Origin: Chloroflexota bacterium
GTDB lineage: Bacteria; Chloroflexota; UBA11872; VXOZ01
Direction of reading: 5' to 3'
NCBI GenBank assembly: GCA_964291655.2
Contig: OZ219801.1
Location: forward strand, 352,001-416,000
Length of the DNA stretch: 64,000 nucleotides
How positions within the stretch are numbered: the first letter of the stretch is position 1; every line of letters begins with the position of its first letter. The notes under the pieces were generated by a model. The model saw nothing but the letters and a program-made list of their open reading frames with translations, was not told the DNA's origin and did not search any database. Shown piece after piece: positions 1 to 8,750 of the stretch. Both the position numbers and the translations under genes were made by a program.

Positions 1-1088
1 TACTCCGACTCGCTCGCCGTCACGACCTCCGCCCTGATCTCAGGGTCGAGAAGCTCGTTCAAGCGGCGGTAGTTGGTTGAGTAGCGTGTCGATTGCACCA
101 GGCTGACCGTTCGTCCGTTCACTGTGGCCTTGGCGTCGCCCTTCCGGCGTATCCACGCCTTCAGGGTGTCCAGCGCGGTGCGCTTGGCCTTCTCAGGCTC
201 CCGAATTGCGTCCTGAGCCTCTGTGTAGGCCGCCACCGCGTCATTTGCCTCTTCGTCTGTCACCTCATCCGCTTCAATCTCCGGTTCGTCCTGCTCTCCC
301 TCCTGCGCCATGCCTGGCAGGCAGACCGCCAGGAAGGGGCAGCTTCGGCATTGCCAGGAGTTGGCGGAGAAGTCGCGCTCCGGTAGCACGTCGGGGTCAG
401 GCCCGTTCTGGACGTGGTGGGCGGCGAGTTCGCCGAGCCACTCGCAGGCGTCCTGGAGGGCCTTCTCCAACCGGTCGGCGGGGATGACCTCGTAGTCCCA
501 GGTTCGGCTGCCGGTGTCCATCGTGGCGATCACGACGTCCCGCATCTGACCGTAAGTTCCCAGCGTGTAGAAGGCGGCCTGGGCCACTGACGCCGGATGG
601 CTGCGTTCCGCGCCCAGCGTCCGCCACCTCTTGAACGCCTCTGGCCCCCTGGTCTTAACCTCGACCACCATCTCGTCGCCGTATGCCGGAGCTGCGTCCC
701 CGAACAGCAGCGTCTGGACTTCGGCAGCCGCCTCGTCTTCGGGGAGGGGCATCCGCACCACGCCGTCCGGGTGTCCCGTCACCAGAAGGCCGGGGCCGAT
801 GCGCACCGTCACGTGCTGCGGGTCGTGGGAGTCGGCGGGGTCCACCTTCCAGCCCGCCCGCTCCATCGCCCGCACCACCACCGGCTCCAGGGCGTTGCCA
901 GCCTCCATCGCCGTCAGCGATTCGTCGCTGGGGGAATTCGTCGGCGTGTAGTTCGTTGCGGCGTACCACAGGGCGCGGCGGCAGCCCAGGGCAGCCGAGG
1001 CCCGGACCACAAGCTCGCCTTCCTCGTTGATCTGTGCCGCAGGACGGGAGAAGACCTCCGCCCTGTCTGTGTCCGTTGTCGTTGTCAT
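1..1088 (-). CDS. Cas4-like PD-(D/E)xK exonuclease with putative 4Fe-4S cysteines; 3' end runs off the window
   Basis: Absent from the ORF track because it is truncated. Manual translation from ATG 1088 (RBS GGAGG): MTTTTDTD...RASAALGCRRALWY...GNALE...GHPDG...VEVKT...QAAFY...WQCRSCPFLAVC. This shows the PD..ExK and QxxxY motifs and the 1+3 Cys pattern of Cas4/AddB-like nucleases. Confidence 0.8.
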   Translation of the reverse strand, partial: MTTTTDTDRAEVFSRPAAQINEEGELVVRASAALGCRRALWYAATNYTPTNSPSDESLTAMEAGNALEPVVVRAMERAGWKVDPADSHDPQHVTVRIGPGLLVTGHPDGVVRMPLPEDEAAAEVQTLLFGDAAPAYGDEMVVEVKTRGPEAFKRWRTLGAERSHPASVAQAAFYTLGTYGQMRDVVIATMDTGSRTWDYEVIPADRLEKALQDACEWLGELAAHHVQNGPDPDVLPERDFSANSWQCRSCPFLAVCLPGMAQEGEQDEPEIEADEVTDEEANDAVAAYTEAQDAIREPEKAKRTALDTLKAWIRRKGDAKATVNGRTVSLVQSTRYSTNYRRLNELLDPEIRAEVVTASESE

Positions 1089-1135
1089 AGCTTTCGCCTC
1101 CTTGATTCCTGTAGATGAAGAGTTGTCCGGACCGC

Positions 1136-4100
1136 TCATGCGGCCGCCTTTGCTTCAGCGTTCGTTACTTTCGTCTCATCCCCGGCCTTCGCGTAATTAG
1201 GTAGGGACGGCGCCGCCAATGGCCGAATTGCTCCGGCTGGTTTGCGCCATCCCTCCTACCGAACCGGACGTGCCACTTTCGCGGCATCCGGCTCTCCGCT
1301 AGACGGTTTGTTGTTGGCTAGCACGGTGTGCAGCTATATGGCACGTCCGGCAGAGCGTGACCAGGTTACGGAGTGCGTGAGACTTCATGCCTTTGGTGTG
1401 ATGCACGTGCAGATTTGCCCGTGTGCCACACTGTCGGCATTTCATGCCATCACGCACTTGTGCCCGGAGTTTCCTTTCGACGATTTCTAGGGGTTCGCCG
1501 CGATTGCCGCTAGTCCTAGTGGTCGCCGTGTAGATACGCTCGTCTGGGCCGGTTTCTCCCTGTGGAAAGTCGCTTTCTGCCTCTGCGTGGCCGGACAGGT
1601 AGGGGTGCGGGAAGCCCGCCTTGCCCTTCTGCCGGTAGCGGTGGCGATCAAGCTCCTGTCTGGTGGGGAGCCATTGGTACGCTTCCAGCGTGTTACCGCT
1701 TTCGCGCACCTCTGCGTGCCAGCAGGTTCTGCCGTGGAGCACACTGGACTTGGCGCGGACGAGTTGTCCCTTGTGGCTACCCTTGTGCTTGTTCCGTAAC
1801 CAGTAGAGGTAGCGGAACCACACGAAGTTGGTAATCTCTTCGACGTCCTTGACGAAGCTGAGGTACCGATAGTATTCGGCCCAGCCCCGCACGATAGCGT
1901 TCAGGGTTGTCAGTCGGGTGTACTCGTCCATCCAAGTCCAGTTCTTGGAAGTCAGGTCTTTGAGCTTCCGTTTCACTCGCTCCTTGGCCTTGGCCGTCGG
2001 TCGAAGGTGGACTGCCCACCTGCCGTTGACCTGCTTGCGCTGGATGTAGAAACCCAGAAAGTCGAAGCCGTCGTTGACGTGGGTGACGACTGTCTTTTCT
2101 TCCGATAGCGTCAGGTGGAGTTCGTTCTCCAGAAACTGCTGTATGGCCGTTTTGGTGGCCTTGACCTCGGCCTTGGTGCCGTTGCTGACGACCACGAAGT
2201 CGTCGGCGTAGCGCACCATCTTGTAGTTGCCGAGATCCGCCTTTCTTCGCCGTTGTCGAGCGTGGGGAGTCAAGTCCCACTGTGCCGCCGCCCACTGGTC
2301 AAACTCGTTGAGGTAGACGTTGGCGAGCAGCGGGGAGATAACCCCTCCCTGTGGCACACCGGAGTCGGTGCGCCGGAAGAGGCCTGCTTCCATCACGCCC
2401 GATTTCAGGAACTTCCAGATCAAGTCCAGTAGCGCCCTGTCCTTCAGCCGCCTCCGTAGCAGCTTCATGAGCGTCCGATGGTGGACGGTGTCGAAGTAGC
2501 TTTGGAGGTCTCCTTCAATCACGTAGTAGTGTTTGACGCTGCTGTTGAACAAGGGCATGAGGACTGCGATTGCGTCCATCGTGCGCCGACCCTTGCGGAA
2601 GCCGTAAGAGTGCGGGTGGAAGTCCGACTCGTAAATCGGGTCTAGGATGGCCCGAAGTGCTTCCTGCACGATGCGGTCTCGCAGGGCGGGGATGCCCAGC
2701 GGGCGCTTCTTGCCATCGTGCTTGGGTATGTAAACTCGCCGGACGGGTTGCGGCTTGTACGTCTTGCGCTTCAGTTGGTCTATGAGCGTCGTCATCTGAT
2801 GCTCGTAGTCCTCCTTGAACGCAGTCCGCGTCACGCTATCCACGCCGTCGGTCTGGCTACCCGGTCGCGCCAGTACCCTTTCAGCCGATATGTGCATCCA
2901 GTAGTCCCAGTGCAACAGGTCGTACAGGTTGGAGAACCTGTAGTCTGGATGCTCACTGGCCGTCTTTGCCAAGAAACTTTGCTTTTCTGCCATCTTCGTT
3001 GGGTGCATACATCCCTCCTCTGGCTTAGTTCGCATGTGTTCTGCACTCGTCTAACTGCCCTCCTTCGCCATGTGGCCGGCTTTCCCGACCTCGGACTACT
3101 ACGAGGGCTCTGCCCCACGCCCGGCATTGGCCGCAAGCTGGCCTACCCCGGCTTGGCTCCTTGTTGACCCGCAAGGTCTGGTGTGCCACCATCCCGATAT
3201 GTCTACCGTTCGCCGATGGTTCAGAGAACATCGACTCTTGGGCAGGGTCATGGTCGGAATACCCTTTGCTGTCGGGGTGTTCTTCATCGGTAGGTTCCTG
3301 ACCAAGTTCATTGGCGGAACACTTGGTATTGAGTCGAACTATCCCGCCCCCATAGCCACAGGCGTCCTCATCCTCGGATTATTCGTCGGACTTGGGTACC
3401 TGATGAATCGCTATGCGGGGAAGCTTTAGGGGTGGTATTTCTCGTCACTCGCGGGCTGTTCTTGGAGTTGTTCCATTACCGGGGAGCCGAACGTGGTTCC
3501 CAAGTTCACGTAGGTTGCGTCTGCGTGTCGTGGTAGGTTCTGCCTCTACGCCTGGCACGGCTCGTTGCCGCGCTCGTCACCGGGGGATGCCGTTCGAAGG
3601 GAGTACGGCATCCCTACCCTCACGGGGCTATCTCTGCTAAGACCAGTCAGAGACTCCGGTGACTCCACCCTCGCCCTACCGTGAGCGGGTGGTTCATCCT
3701 GCGACGCTTCAATCAGCAGTTTCTTGTGTAACCGTAACGACACTCTGGCTAGCGGCGCGCGGTGCAGTAGGGTGGCCGCCGCCACATTGTCGGGAAGGCT
3801 TCAGACACGGTTCCGCCTCTGGTCCCCATGCCTGCTTCCCTAGCCACCGGCCTACTCCTGGCCGGGTTCCCCATCGGGAACTTTCAACCTACGCGCTTCT
3901 TGGCGCACGGCCTTGAGGATGTGGGCGATGCCGTCGCCAAGTCCCAGGACGGGAACGCTCCTCCCGTCGCCCAACGTGTTCCAGAAGGGCTGCATCTCGG
4001 CGATGCCCTGGCACTGGTCGACGATCTCCTCCACCGGCGTGCCCCTGCGCAGGTGCAGGGAGACGAGCCGGCAGGCCAGCTCGGTGACTCCGTGCTGAAA

Positions 4101-4250
4101 GCTGCCGCCCTTCCCCAAGTGGCCGAAGACCTCGAAGGGCTCGCCGTCCTCGTCCACGGAGACGGTCACGTACAGGTTCCCATACTCCGTTTGCAGCTTG
4201 GTGGTCGTGCTGGGAAGGCTGCGAGGTCTGTCCCGCGTCTTCGGGGTCAT
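1136..4250 (-). CDS. TSCPD-domain (NrdJb-like) protein interrupted by a group II intron; exons 4250-3909 and 1195-1136
   Basis: Exon 1 MTPKTRDRPRSLPSTTTKLQTEYGNLYVTV...GEPFEVF...GKGG...GDGIAHILKA resembles the TSCPD domain of class II RNR. Removing 3908-1196 joins it in frame to YAKAGDETKVTNAEAKAAA*. The ATG overlaps the upstream stop (ATGA). Confidence 0.8.
1299..3035 (-). CDS. ltrA: Group II intron reverse transcriptase/maturase with C-terminal HNH endonuclease
   Basis: RPLGIP, SYGFR, PQGGVISPLLANVYL, RYADDF and GFDFLGF motifs; X domain RGWAEYY; CxxC..HVHH..N..CxxCH HNH tail. Confidence 0.95.
   Translation of the reverse strand: MRTKPEEGCMHPTKMAEKQSFLAKTASEHPDYRFSNLYDLLHWDYWMHISAERVLARPGSQTDGVDSVTRTAFKEDYEHQMTTLIDQLKRKTYKPQPVRRVYIPKHDGKKRPLGIPALRDRIVQEALRAILDPIYESDFHPHSYGFRKGRRTMDAIAVLMPLFNSSVKHYYVIEGDLQSYFDTVHHRTLMKLLRRRLKDRALLDLIWKFLKSGVMEAGLFRRTDSGVPQGGVISPLLANVYLNEFDQWAAAQWDLTPHARQRRRKADLGNYKMVRYADDFVVVSNGTKAEVKATKTAIQQFLENELHLTLSEEKTVVTHVNDGFDFLGFYIQRKQVNGRWAVHLRPTAKAKERVKRKLKDLTSKNWTWMDEYTRLTTLNAIVRGWAEYYRYLSFVKDVEEITNFVWFRYLYWLRNKHKGSHKGQLVRAKSSVLHGRTCWHAEVRESGNTLEAYQWLPTRQELDRHRYRQKGKAGFPHPYLSGHAEAESDFPQGETGPDERIYTATTRTSGNRGEPLEIVERKLRAQVRDGMKCRQCGTRANLHVHHTKGMKSHALRNLVTLCRTCHIAAHRASQQQTV
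3199..3429 (+). CDS. Putative 76-aa two-TM membrane protein, antisense inside intron domain II
   Basis: MSTVRRWFREHRLLGRVMVGIPFAVGVFFIG...PIATGVLILGLFVGLGYLMNRYAGKL: basic N-terminus and two hydrophobic helices. Confidence 0.45.
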   Translation: MSTVRRWFREHRLLGRVMVGIPFAVGVFFIGRFLTKFIGGTLGIESNYPAPIATGVLILGLFVGLGYLMNRYAGKL

Positions 4251-4750
4251 GGCTTCACCCCGGCTGTCCGGTGGAGGGGGTGCGTCCTGCTGCACTCAGC
4301 GATCTCCATCCGCCCGAACCTGCTCACCGTGTCCGGGTCGTTGACGAAGGACTCAGCCTCGACGCAGCTGTCGAAGTCACCGAAGGACTCTGTCCCGTGT
4401 CCGTTCCGATAGCAGGTGGCGTGGTAGTGGATTTCCGGCGAGCAGTTGCGAATGGAGGGCAGCGCCGGGGAGTAGCGGTCGAAGTAGCCCGCCACCGTGA
4501 GCGCCATCTCCCGGTCCCTGTCGTCGCCGAGACCCAAGAGCGTCCTAACGATGGGCTCCTCGCAGTCCTCCTCTGCAAAGGTGGGGGTGAGCATCGCGTC
4601 CCGGACTTCGACGGGAAGGGACTCCCACCGCTCGCGGCTGAGCTTCAGCCCGCCATGTGAGGGCGTCGTGACCCTCCAGACACCCTCGCCCAACTCTTCG
4701 ATGTCCTGGGTCCAGCCCCAGGGCGTGTATATCAAGGTCGTCGTTGTCAT
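4247..4750 (-). CDS. DUF7007-like hypothetical protein of mobile elements
   Basis: TPWG...GVWRVTTPSHGG...EEDC motifs; RBS AAGGAG. Confidence 0.6.
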   Translation of the reverse strand: MTTTTLIYTPWGWTQDIEELGEGVWRVTTPSHGGLKLSRERWESLPVEVRDAMLTPTFAEEDCEEPIVRTLLGLGDDRDREMALTVAGYFDRYSPALPSIRNCSPEIHYHATCYRNGHGTESFGDFDSCVEAESFVNDPDTVSRFGRMEIAECSRTHPLHRTAGVKP

Positions 4751-4833
4751 GTCGTTCTCCTTCGTGTAGGAGAGAGTGAGACCGCCCCGTGGAGCGGCCC
4801 CACTCTCTCCCGAATCCTCAATCCACCGGCGAA

Positions 4834-5670
4834 CTAGGCAGCCTGGGCCTGTCGCATCTGCCGGAGCTTGTTGGCGGCGGCTTCGACCAGCGGCCCGAGC
4901 TCCTCCGCAGTCAGGTCGTCCATGCTCTTGCCCATCCGGTTGACGACGGCGGTACGCAGCCCGTCCTCGTCGAAGCCCTGCTCCAGGGCGATCTCGACGA
5001 GCCGCTTGCGCAGGGTCTGCGCCTGGGCGTCGGCGCGGCCCTTGGGCTGAGCCTGAGCAGGCTTGCCGTTGACCTTTACCTGGGCGGGGACGCGCTGCGG
5101 CTTGGCCGGGATGTTGGCCGACGACTGGTCGCCGTAGAAGTCATTCCCAAACTGGCTTCCGAAGCTGCGGAACGCCCGCTTCATGCCGTCCGTGACGCAG
5201 CCCTTTGTTGCGGTATCGTGTCCGTCTGGGGTGTCTTCAGCGACCGGATGGACGCCGATGTCGGTGCGGGGCAGCGCGCCCGCCACCGTGACCCGGACGG
5301 GAGCGCTGTAGGCTAGGGAGACCTTGACCTCGCCGGTCTGGGCATCGACGGTCTCGATCCGGCGCAGGGTCACGTCGGCCACAAGCTCCATTCCCCAGCC
5401 GCCAAACCCGAATATCCTGTTGGCCTGGTCGATGACGGCGTGGCCTTCGAGGTAGTCGAAGACCCTGCCGCCCCGGCCCTTGCGCTGGGAGACCAGCGAG
5501 GGGTCGATGGGCTGCGAGAGGGCGTTGGTGACGGCGGGCGCGAGCCCGTCCCAGAGCAGCTCGTGCTCGGTTACGATTGCGGCTTCGAGCTTGTGCCCGT
5601 TGCCGTTGGCTGAGACGAGTCCGTTGCTCGCCCCGTTGGAATGATGTCCGTTGTTATTGCCGTTAGTCAT
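4834..5670 (-). CDS. Rad52/Rad22-family single-strand annealing protein
   Basis: VSQRKGRGGRVFDYLEGHAVIDQANRIFGFGGW and KGCVTDGMKRAFRSFGSQFGNDFY match Rad52 motifs; start at ATG 5670 after AAGGAG. Confidence 0.9.
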   Translation of the reverse strand: MTNGNNNGHHSNGASNGLVSANGNGHKLEAAIVTEHELLWDGLAPAVTNALSQPIDPSLVSQRKGRGGRVFDYLEGHAVIDQANRIFGFGGWGMELVADVTLRRIETVDAQTGEVKVSLAYSAPVRVTVAGALPRTDIGVHPVAEDTPDGHDTATKGCVTDGMKRAFRSFGSQFGNDFYGDQSSANIPAKPQRVPAQVKVNGKPAQAQPKGRADAQAQTLRKRLVEIALEQGFDEDGLRTAVVNRMGKSMDDLTAEELGPLVEAAANKLRQMRQAQAA

Positions 5671-5910
5671 GGTGTTTCTCCTTGTGGGTGTTGTTCCTGT
5701 AGCGAATGAGCGATGCGGGTTGCCCGTGGGAACCCGTGAGCGGGCAAAAGGCCCCCGTATCAGGTACGGGGCAGGCTCGTCGTGAATTGGGCATAGGTCC
5801 TCCTCGGTGGGTGAGAGTGGGAATGGGGATGAAGCGGAAGCGAGTTCCGCAAGCAAGCGGAGCGGAGAAGCTCCGTCAGGGGGAATGCGGGAGGAGAGAG
5901 TGGCGGGGAG

Positions 5911-6957
5911 CTAGCGGGCGGAGCGGGCGGCCTGCGAGAGCAGCCGGAGGAAGGCGGCGCGTCCCTGGGGGTGAGTCGCAAGCTCGGCCACGTCCCCGAC
6001 GCCCTGGGGAAGGGTGACGGCGGCGGCCCTGCGACTGAGCAGGGATGAGAGCCGCTCCATCGCCTCACGGCCCGCGTCGTCGTTGTCGAAGGCGAGGAAG
6101 ACCCTGGGACAGCCCCGGAGGGCGGAGGCGATGCGCTCAACGCCCTGGGTGCCCAGGGCGGCGCAAGCAGGGATGCCCCATCCGGCAAGGGCGAGCCAGT
6201 CGAACACGCCTTCGGTTACGACGATCCAAGGTGGAGTGGGGCCGAGCCTGCCGAGTCCAAGCGCCGGCTTGGGGCCGGGGAGAGCCTGGAATCTGGGAGT
6301 CCGGTCGGGATCGACGGCCCGACCCACAAGCCATCGGGCGAGCCCGCCGGAGGCGTCGGGGACGACGACCATTCCAGCGAACCGCTCCGAACCCCGCTCG
6401 GTGAACAGCCCGGAGTCCCTGAGACGCTTCTCCGAGAAGCCGAGGGACTCAAGGGCCTGCCGCAGCCCGCCGCCCGGCGCGTAGCCGAGAGAGAGGCGGG
6501 CTGCGACGACCGGGCCGACGCCCCGCAAGGCCAGGTACTCCCGCGCTTCTGAAGAACGCCGGAGCCATCCGGCGTAGAAGCGCGCCGCCGCCGTCAGCAG
6601 GGCGGGGTCCCGGGGAGCTAGCGCGGCGGACGCAGGACGCCGAGTTCGGGCTGGACGATTGGCGGCCCCGGAAACGGGCCAGTGGCCCCCGTCCAGCCGG
6701 GCGATGGCTTCCGGCAGCGTTAGGCTCTCCATGCGCTGGATGAAGTCCAGCACGTCGCCTCCGCTTCCACAGCCGAAGCACCAGAACCGCTGCGAGTCTT
6801 CGTACACCGTGAAGGAGCCTTCCGACTCGTCGTGGAAGGGGCAGACGCCCTGACGGACGCGACCCCTTCCCCTGAGCCGGATGCCCGACGCCTCCACCAT
6901 GTCACCCAGGGGGTGACGGGCCTTCAGCGCAGTGATGTCCACGCTGGCCGTAACCAT
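5911..6957 (-). CDS. CHC2 zinc-finger/Toprim DnaG-like primase
   Basis: CPFHDE..SF.V....FWCFGCG.GGDVLDF zinc finger; VTEGVFD, ALGT and FDNDDAG Toprim motifs. Confidence 0.88.
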   Translation of the reverse strand: MVTASVDITALKARHPLGDMVEASGIRLRGRGRVRQGVCPFHDESEGSFTVYEDSQRFWCFGCGSGGDVLDFIQRMESLTLPEAIARLDGGHWPVSGAANRPARTRRPASAALAPRDPALLTAAARFYAGWLRRSSEAREYLALRGVGPVVAARLSLGYAPGGGLRQALESLGFSEKRLRDSGLFTERGSERFAGMVVVPDASGGLARWLVGRAVDPDRTPRFQALPGPKPALGLGRLGPTPPWIVVTEGVFDWLALAGWGIPACAALGTQGVERIASALRGCPRVFLAFDNDDAGREAMERLSSLLSRRAAAVTLPQGVGDVAELATHPQGRAAFLRLLSQAARSAR

Positions 6958-7430
6958 CACGCACCCCCGTTCAGGGGCCGCAGCCCCCGGAGGCTGCGCT
7001 CCGAGACCAGCTTGCCGGGCCGCCAGCGCATCCCAATGACCGCCGCGACCTCCAGCGTCCCGTCGCCGTGGCGAGTGAGAGCGGAGGCCCTTCCGACGCC
7101 CTGGGTGTAGAGCATCGTCCCCCGGTCCCCGAACCGCCGCTTCACCAGTTGCTTCCACTCCGAGAAGGCCCAGCGAGCCTCCCTAGGTGTCGCCGCCGTC
7201 ACGTTCACGCCGGCGAGGATTGCCAACCCGCCGTCCACGTCCCCCGCCTTCCTCAGCCGCCGGGCCTCGTGGATGGAGCGCGTCGCGCTGGGCTCCGCAG
7301 TCTCCTGCTCTTCTCCGAGTCCCATCGCAGCGAAGAGCCGGTCCACCAGCTCCTCCAGGCTCCGCCGGGGCCGAGCCGTCTCGATCTGCATCGTCCGAAT
7401 TCCGGTTGCCAATGTCGCCGTTGTCATCAT
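6957..7430 (-). CDS. Hypothetical protein, translationally coupled to the primase
   Basis: RBS AGGAGG; its stop overlaps the primase start. Confidence 0.6.
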   Translation of the reverse strand: MMTTATLATGIRTMQIETARPRRSLEELVDRLFAAMGLGEEQETAEPSATRSIHEARRLRKAGDVDGGLAILAGVNVTAATPREARWAFSEWKQLVKRRFGDRGTMLYTQGVGRASALTRHGDGTLEVAAVIGMRWRPGKLVSERSLRGLRPLNGGA

Positions 7431-7566
7431 GCACCTCCTAGTGCTTCAGCTTGTTTGTTGCCTTGAATCCGCGCCCGCTTGCGGGCAAAGAAGAAGGGGC
7501 CGCTCCCGGAATGAGAGCGACCCCTGAGTGTTGTGATGGGTTGCGAGAAGGCCTAAGGCCTCGTGG

Positions 7567-8058
7567 TCAGCGTCGGAACCTGCCGCGCACCGTGCGCCGT
7601 GGCATGAACCGCCTGAGCAGCAGCCAGCCGATGCCCAGGCCGACCAGGTTCAGGAAGAAGAGCTCCAGGTCGAGGGTCAGCAAGGGCGCCGCAACGACCA
7701 GGGCGACGACTCCGACCACCACGACCTTTCTACGCCTCCACCAGGGCGGCTTATCCAGAGCCGTGACCGGGGTGTCATACACCTGCGCGTAAGCCGTCCA
7801 GATCGGAAGCCCGATGAGCGCCTCCATCTCGGTGACAATCACGCCGCGACCGCAGCCCCGGGTGTGGCAGCGCACGTCGATGCCGTTGCCGTCCGGCCTC
7901 TGCCGAAACGCCAGCCCGTCGGACTTGCCGCCGTGACAGACAGCCGTCGTCGTCCAGAACCAGCCCCGTTCGAAGCTGACCCGGTGAGGGAGCAGGTCGG
8001 CGATCCGCCTCGCGCTGGGTCCCGTGTACCGTTCCGTCCTTATCCGTGTGTCGTCCAT
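7567..8058 (-). CDS. Primase-type zinc-binding domain fused to two C-terminal TM helices
   Basis: VCHGGKSDGLAF...RCHTRGC motif; hydrophobic segments KVVVVGVVALVVAAPLL and LFFLNLVGLGIGWLLL; RBS AAGGAGG. Confidence 0.6.
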   Translation of the reverse strand: MDDTRIRTERYTGPSARRIADLLPHRVSFERGWFWTTTAVCHGGKSDGLAFRQRPDGNGIDVRCHTRGCGRGVIVTEMEALIGLPIWTAYAQVYDTPVTALDKPPWWRRRKVVVVGVVALVVAAPLLTLDLELFFLNLVGLGIGWLLLRRFMPRRTVRGRFRR

Positions 8059-8372
8059 GTGCGTTTCCTCCTTGCGTGTTTGTGGCTTGGACTCCGTTCC
8101 GAAGACGCACCCGGCCCGCCAGCGATGCGAACGCAGGGGAGACCGGGGTGAATGAGACGCAGCTCGCCCAGGGCGCAAATCGTCCGTGGGGGTAAGCTGT
8201 GTAACGTGAAGCGGCCAGCCTTCGCAGACCGGCGCGTGTCGAAGCTGCGGTACGGCTGCGTGCCAGCCATCCCGCAGACGTCTTGAGTCAGCCGGAGCGA
8301 CAGACGCACTTCGGCTGACCGGGTGAGGACTAGGCGCACAACGCGCTGCGTCCCCTGGGTCCAACGGATGAG

Positions 8373-8562
8373 GCGATCAACCTCAGCCGTCAGACCGGTG
8401 TCCAGCGACCGAAGCGATCAACTCCGAATCGCCGGACGTGTGCCCTGCGGGTGAAGGACCAACGTCAAACTTCAACCGCCGGACTGAGCCGAGGACGGAG
8501 GCCCTTGCGTCAACTCCGTCGAATCGGCCCGCGCTGGTTGCGAAGGACCAACGTCAAACTCC
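8373..8562. repeat. Five phased CG(A)TCAA(A)C motifs, including two exact 19-bp direct repeats
   Basis: TCAA cores at 8377, 8418, 8465, 8510 and 8554 (spacing 41-47 bp); GAAGGACCAACGTCAAACT at 8453-8471 and 8542-8560. Confidence 0.65.
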
Positions 8563-8750
8563 GCATTGCCAGCATTCCCTCTTGGACAAAGCCCGTGCAA
8601 CAGGGATCACGCACCCAGGTTTCTATGGTCGGAAACCTTGGAGAAAGCCTAACAGTGAGGTCATTATCGGCGATCCGGGAGGCTCAAAAGACCCCCTGCG
8701 TGCCACCACCCCGCAAATTGCTTCAGCTTTCACCCTGGCAGCGCGAGTCA

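Larger units (their letters stand above)
1196..3908 (-). mobile_element. Group II intron (2713 nt) with RT/maturase/HNH ORF
   Basis: 5' end GTGCG at 3908. Domain V GAGCCGGATGCCGCGAAAGTGGCACGTCCGGTTC at ~1294-1261. 3' end ...CCTACCTAAT at 1196. EBS1 GGUCUU (3644-3639, in a hairpin loop) pairs with IBS1 AAGGCC. EBS2 AGGAUG (3700-3695) pairs with IBS2 CAUCCU. Splicing restores the host frame. Confidence 0.93.

Noticed and set aside
1-1088. CRISPR-associated Cas4
   Set aside because: No cas1/cas2 or array in the window; the context is ICE recombination genes.
1299-3035. Retron, DGR or defence RT
   Set aside because: X and HNH domains, domain V/VI and EBS/IBS pairing identify a group II intron; no TR/VR pair was seen.
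3852-3908. C-terminus VRQEARRLKVPDGEPGQE of ORF 3852-4295
   Set aside because: It is read-through into the intron 5' end; the real C-terminus is exon 2 at 1195-1136.
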